Assembly (NCBI GenBank): GCA_964597245.1
Contig: CAZQWK010000001.1
Coordinates: 1-30,104 of the forward strand
Origin: an uncultured Candidatus Saccharibacteria bacterium
GTDB taxonomy: Bacteria; Patescibacteriota; Minisyncoccia; Phycocordibacterales; UBA1006
DNA length: 30,104 bases
Direction of reading: 5' to 3'
The translations under genes were made by a program, and so were the position numbers. The notes beneath the pieces were generated by a model that had not been told where the DNA came from, did not search any database, and was given only the letters and a program-made list of their open reading frames with translations. This document shows, piece after piece, positions 26,815-30,104 of the stretch (position 1 is the first letter of the stretch; each line of letters begins with the position of its first letter).

Positions 26815-27249
26815 ATGGGAAAGAAAAGAATTGTTAAACAAAAAGGGCGAACAATGGACAAAAACCTCAAATCACGAGCTTTGTCACGTGTTCCAAAGAA
26901 AAAACTAGCAAAAGCAATTTTGCATGTTCAGTCAACGTATAATAATACGAAGGCAACAGTTACTGATTTAGACGGGAACGCAATCATGTTTTCATCTTCA
27001 GGTGCTCTTGGTTTTAAGGGTGCTAAAAAAGGAACTCCTTTTGCTGCTGCAAAAGTAGGAGAGGTTCTAGGAGAAAAAGCGGCTCTTATCGGAATCAAAG
27101 AAGTAGATGTTATTATTAAGGGTGTTGGTTCAGGTCGAGAGTCTACTGTCCGTGGTTTTGTATCACATGGTATCGATATTACTCGTATCCAAGATAAAAC
27201 ACCGGTACCATTTAACGGTCCACGACCACCAAAGGCACGACGAGTGTAA
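26815..27249 (+). CDS. rpsK: 30S ribosomal protein S11
   Basis: HVQSTYNNT...GFKGAKKGTPFAA...KGVGSGRES...DKTPVPFNGPRPPKARRV. Confidence 0.98.
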   Translation: MGKKRIVKQKGRTMDKNLKSRALSRVPKKKLAKAILHVQSTYNNTKATVTDLDGNAIMFSSSGALGFKGAKKGTPFAAAKVGEVLGEKAALIGIKEVDVIIKGVGSGRESTVRGFVSHGIDITRIQDKTPVPFNGPRPPKARRV

Positions 27250-27259
27250 TTAAACTATT

Positions 27260-27871
27260 ATGGCAAAAATCAAAAAATATAAAATTGCACGACGTCTTGG
27301 AGCTGGTGTTTATGAAAAAACACAGTCTCAAAAGTTCATGCTATCAGAGCAAAAACGTGCAAAAGCACGTACAGGACGTCCAAAACGACCAACTGATTAT
27401 GGTCTATCACTAATCCAAAAGCAGCGTGTACGTTTTGCATATGGTGTTTCTGAAAAGCAATTCCGTGGCTACGTAAACAAGGCTATGGCATCAGCAAAAG
27501 CAGGAGCTACTCCTTCGGATGTATTATTTAAAACAATCGAATCACGATTGGATAATGTAATTTACCGTGCTGGTATTGCTAAAACTCGTGCTTTTGCGCG
27601 ACAACTGGCTACCCATGGTCATATTACTGTTAACGGTAAGAAAATCGACGTACCATCATACCTTGTAAAAGAAGGAGATGTGCTGGCTATCCGTGAGGGA
27701 AGTAAAAAGAAAACAGTATTTGCTGATATTTCAGATCGATTGGCTGCTGTAAAAGCACCGGCATGGATTGATGTAAATGCAAAAGATGCTGTTGTTACCG
27801 TAAAAGGACAGGCAAAGAATCCAGAGAAATTCTTTAATTTCCAGGCTGTAATTGAGTTCTATAGTCGATAA
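27260..27871 (+). CDS. rpsD: 30S ribosomal protein S4 (no Zn cysteines)
   Basis: KQRVRFAYGVSEKQF, ESRLDNVIYRAG, ARQLATHGHITVNGKKIDVPSY and IEFYSR. Confidence 0.98.
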   Translation: MAKIKKYKIARRLGAGVYEKTQSQKFMLSEQKRAKARTGRPKRPTDYGLSLIQKQRVRFAYGVSEKQFRGYVNKAMASAKAGATPSDVLFKTIESRLDNVIYRAGIAKTRAFARQLATHGHITVNGKKIDVPSYLVKEGDVLAIREGSKKKTVFADISDRLAAVKAPAWIDVNAKDAVVTVKGQAKNPEKFFNFQAVIEFYSR

Positions 27872-27915
27872 TCGACTTAGCTCGCTTCATTATTTCATTA
27901 AATTATTATCATTAT

Positions 27916-28902
27916 ATGTTCCATCAAGACATTGTGTTACCAAAAAAACTTAATGTAGTTACCGAAGAAGGATCAAAGGGTGTGTACGAGATCGAAGGAT
28001 TATATCCTGGTTATGGTCACACTCTAGGTAATTCTTTGCGTCGCATTATCCTCTCTTCATTGTCTGGGGTTTCTATTACTTCAGTAAAAATCAAGGGTGC
28101 TGAGCATGAATTTGCAACCCTTAATGGTGTTAATGAGGATGTACTTACCATGCTCTTGAATCTGAAAAAGGTAAGATTTTCATTGTCAGGAGAAGAGGAG
28201 GCTACTGTTCGGTTAAATGTAAAAGGAAACAAGCAGGTTACTGCTGCGGATTTCCAAACCCAAGGAGGCGTTGAGGTAATGAATCCTGATCAATATATCG
28301 CGGAGGTTACTTCAAAAGACGCTGAGTTGGATATTGAAATTACTTTAGCCAAGGGTATTGGTTTCGTTTCTAAGGAAGATCTTTCAGAAACCAGTCCTGT
28401 TATTGGTACTATTTTGGTGGATGCAATCTTTAGTCCTATTCGAAAAGTTAACTACGAAGTAGAGAACATGCGAGTGGGAGATCGAACAGACTACAACCTG
28501 TTGCGGATTAATCTAGAAACTGATGGTAGCATTACTGCCAAGGAGGCATTGGAGCAGGCGTTGCAGATTATGATTGCACAGTTCCGAAGTATTCTTGATC
28601 TAAAAATTGTTGAAGAAAAAAAAGCAGAAGAACCACAAGAAGAAATCATTCGAGTGGAGATTCCTGAAGAAACTATCGATGAGGAAGAGCGTGTTGAGCT
28701 ACTAAAAACACGTATCGACACTCTTGATTTTTCTGGAAGAACAGAAAAAGCATTAAACGAAGCAAGCATTCGAACTCTTGGAGGTTTGGTACAGAAAACA
28801 GCTAACGATTTGTTGGCACTTGATGGTTTTGGTCAAAAGAGTCTTTCTGAGGTGGAAGAAACTCTTGTGACCTTCAAACTGACGTTAAAAGAGACTAAAT
28901 AA
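27916..28902 (+). CDS. rpoA: RNA polymerase alpha subunit
   Basis: PGYGHTLGNSLRRIILSSL, HEFATLNGVNEDV and DAIFSPIRKVNYEVENMRVG, plus a C-terminal alphaCTD. Confidence 0.98.
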   Translation: MFHQDIVLPKKLNVVTEEGSKGVYEIEGLYPGYGHTLGNSLRRIILSSLSGVSITSVKIKGAEHEFATLNGVNEDVLTMLLNLKKVRFSLSGEEEATVRLNVKGNKQVTAADFQTQGGVEVMNPDQYIAEVTSKDAELDIEITLAKGIGFVSKEDLSETSPVIGTILVDAIFSPIRKVNYEVENMRVGDRTDYNLLRINLETDGSITAKEALEQALQIMIAQFRSILDLKIVEEKKAEEPQEEIIRVEIPEETIDEEERVELLKTRIDTLDFSGRTEKALNEASIRTLGGLVQKTANDLLALDGFGQKSLSEVEETLVTFKLTLKETK

Positions 28903-28908
28903 ATTATT

Positions 28909-29262
28909 ATGAGACACGGACGAAAAAACCGAAAATTTGGACGAAAAGCAAATGTACGTCGAGGTTTTATTCGATCTCTTGCTGTGGCATTTATTACACA
29001 CGAGCAGATCACAACAACCGAAGCGCGTGCAAAAGAATTGCGTCCTTATATTGAAAAACTAGTTACCAAGGCAAAATCTGGTGACGTTGCGGCTCGTCGA
29101 TTAATTCGATCACGACTTGGTAACCAAGAAACATTGGCAAACAAGATGGTGGATGAGATTGCACCGCGGTATGCTGACCGAAATGGTGGGTATACACGTA
29201 TTATTAAACTTCCTGCTCGAAAAGGGGACGCAAGTCCAATGGCAATTATTCAATTCGTATAA
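28909..29262 (+). CDS. rplQ: 50S ribosomal protein L17
   Basis: MRHG...ITTTEARAKELRP.IEKL...RNGGYTRIIK...RKGDASPMA. Confidence 0.98.
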   Translation: MRHGRKNRKFGRKANVRRGFIRSLAVAFITHEQITTTEARAKELRPYIEKLVTKAKSGDVAARRLIRSRLGNQETLANKMVDEIAPRYADRNGGYTRIIKLPARKGDASPMAIIQFV

Positions 29263-29267
29263 TTATT

Positions 29268-29630
29268 ATGGCAACACAAACAGACAAAAAAGAATACGTT
29301 TTTGATGCTGCAGGGCAAAGTCTTGGGCGTCTAGCAACAGAAGTTGCTATGACACTACGAGGTAAAAATGAACCAACATTTCAGCCTCATGTAGCACCAA
29401 ATGTGAAGGTTATCATTAATAATGCTTCACAAATTGCTTTGACTCAGTCAGGTCTAAAAAAAGAGTATAAACGATATTCAGGGTATCCAGGAGGATTACG
29501 ACATGAATCACGTGAGCATGCTATTGACCGGTTGGGATACGCAATTGTATTTGAAAAAGCGGTTTATGGAATGCTTCCAAACAACCGATTACGAGCAGTA
29601 ATGATGAAAAATCTTATCATCAACGAATAA
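29268..29630 (+). CDS. rplM: 50S ribosomal protein L13 (short, 120 aa)
   Basis: DAAGQSLGRLATEVA..LRGK...SGYPGGL...AVYGMLPNNRL. Confidence 0.96.
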   Translation: MATQTDKKEYVFDAAGQSLGRLATEVAMTLRGKNEPTFQPHVAPNVKVIINNASQIALTQSGLKKEYKRYSGYPGGLRHESREHAIDRLGYAIVFEKAVYGMLPNNRLRAVMMKNLIINE

Positions 29631-29632
29631 TT

Positions 29633-30034
29633 ATGGCTAAAGAAACACGATATATCCCAGCAATTGGGCGTCGAAAAAATGCTACTGCGCAGGTTCGAAT
29701 TACACCAGCTTCTAAAATGAGTTTTGTAATCAATGAAAAATCACTTGATGATTATTTCACTGTAGAAGAACTACGAAAGGTAGCAAAAGCGGCTTTTGCT
29801 CTTGTTGAAACTAAAGACGAGTTTGAGGTTTCAGTATTGGTAAAGGGTGGTGGAATCTCAGCTCAGGCTGATGCAATCCGTCATGGTATTTCTCGAGCTT
29901 TAATCAAGTATGATGAAGAACTACGAGGTCAGCTAAAATCAGCTGGATACCTAAAACGTGACCCACGACGTAAAGAACGTAAAAAACCAGGGCTTCGCAA
30001 AGCGCGAAAACGTCCAGCATGGTCAAAACGTTAA
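29633..30034 (+). CDS. rpsI: 30S ribosomal protein S9
   Basis: GRRKNATAQV...GGGISAQADAIRHGISRAL...RDPRRKERKKPGLRKARKRPAWSKR. Confidence 0.98.
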   Translation: MAKETRYIPAIGRRKNATAQVRITPASKMSFVINEKSLDDYFTVEELRKVAKAAFALVETKDEFEVSVLVKGGGISAQADAIRHGISRALIKYDEELRGQLKSAGYLKRDPRRKERKKPGLRKARKRPAWSKR

Positions 30035-30046
30035 TCTATATTACAG

Positions 30047-30072
30047 AAAAAAACACCGTTTGGTGTTTTTTT
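30047..30072 (+). terminator. Terminator of the ribosomal operon
   Basis: AAAAAAACACC-GTTT-GGTGTTTTTTT. Confidence 0.8.
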
Positions 30073-30104
30073 ATTACTACCTTATTTTCTAGATTGTATA
30101 ATAT

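Overview
AT-rich bacterial chromosomal window using genetic code 11. It looks like Patescibacteria/CPR (Parcubacteria-like), an inference from the C-Ala-less AlaRS, short L13, SD-less ribosomal genes and CPR-type hypothetical proteins. Gene order: partial znuC-znuB, a lone TyrA-like dehydrogenase, a domain-inverted photolyase, tgt, orphan ORF A, rpmA, two small hypotheticals, uvrB, orphan ORF B, uvrA, a sigma-region-4/HARE-HTH protein, a conserved CPR membrane protein with mltG, a DEDDh exonuclease, NUDIX-mnmA, an intact IS481, a gammaproteobacterial-type nhaB, mgtC, alaS, a three-gene operon (small membrane protein, FtsA/PilM-like, baseplate-J-like), and infA-rpmJ-rpsMKD-rpoA-rplQ-rplM-rpsI. 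No rRNA, tRNA or CRISPR array was seen. Best leads: (1) two unrelated orphan genes share the same promoter layout and 3' end sequence, like cassettes; (2) about 11 genes have a -10 box 6-7 nt before the ATG, implying widespread leaderless mRNA; (3) the FtsA-like/baseplate-J-like envelope operon; (4) the sigma4-HARE protein; (5) a structured uvrA leader in front of a UvrA lacking its insertion domain; (6) a probable horizontally acquired nhaB beside the IS481. All family assignments come from motif recognition by eye, and no database searches were run.
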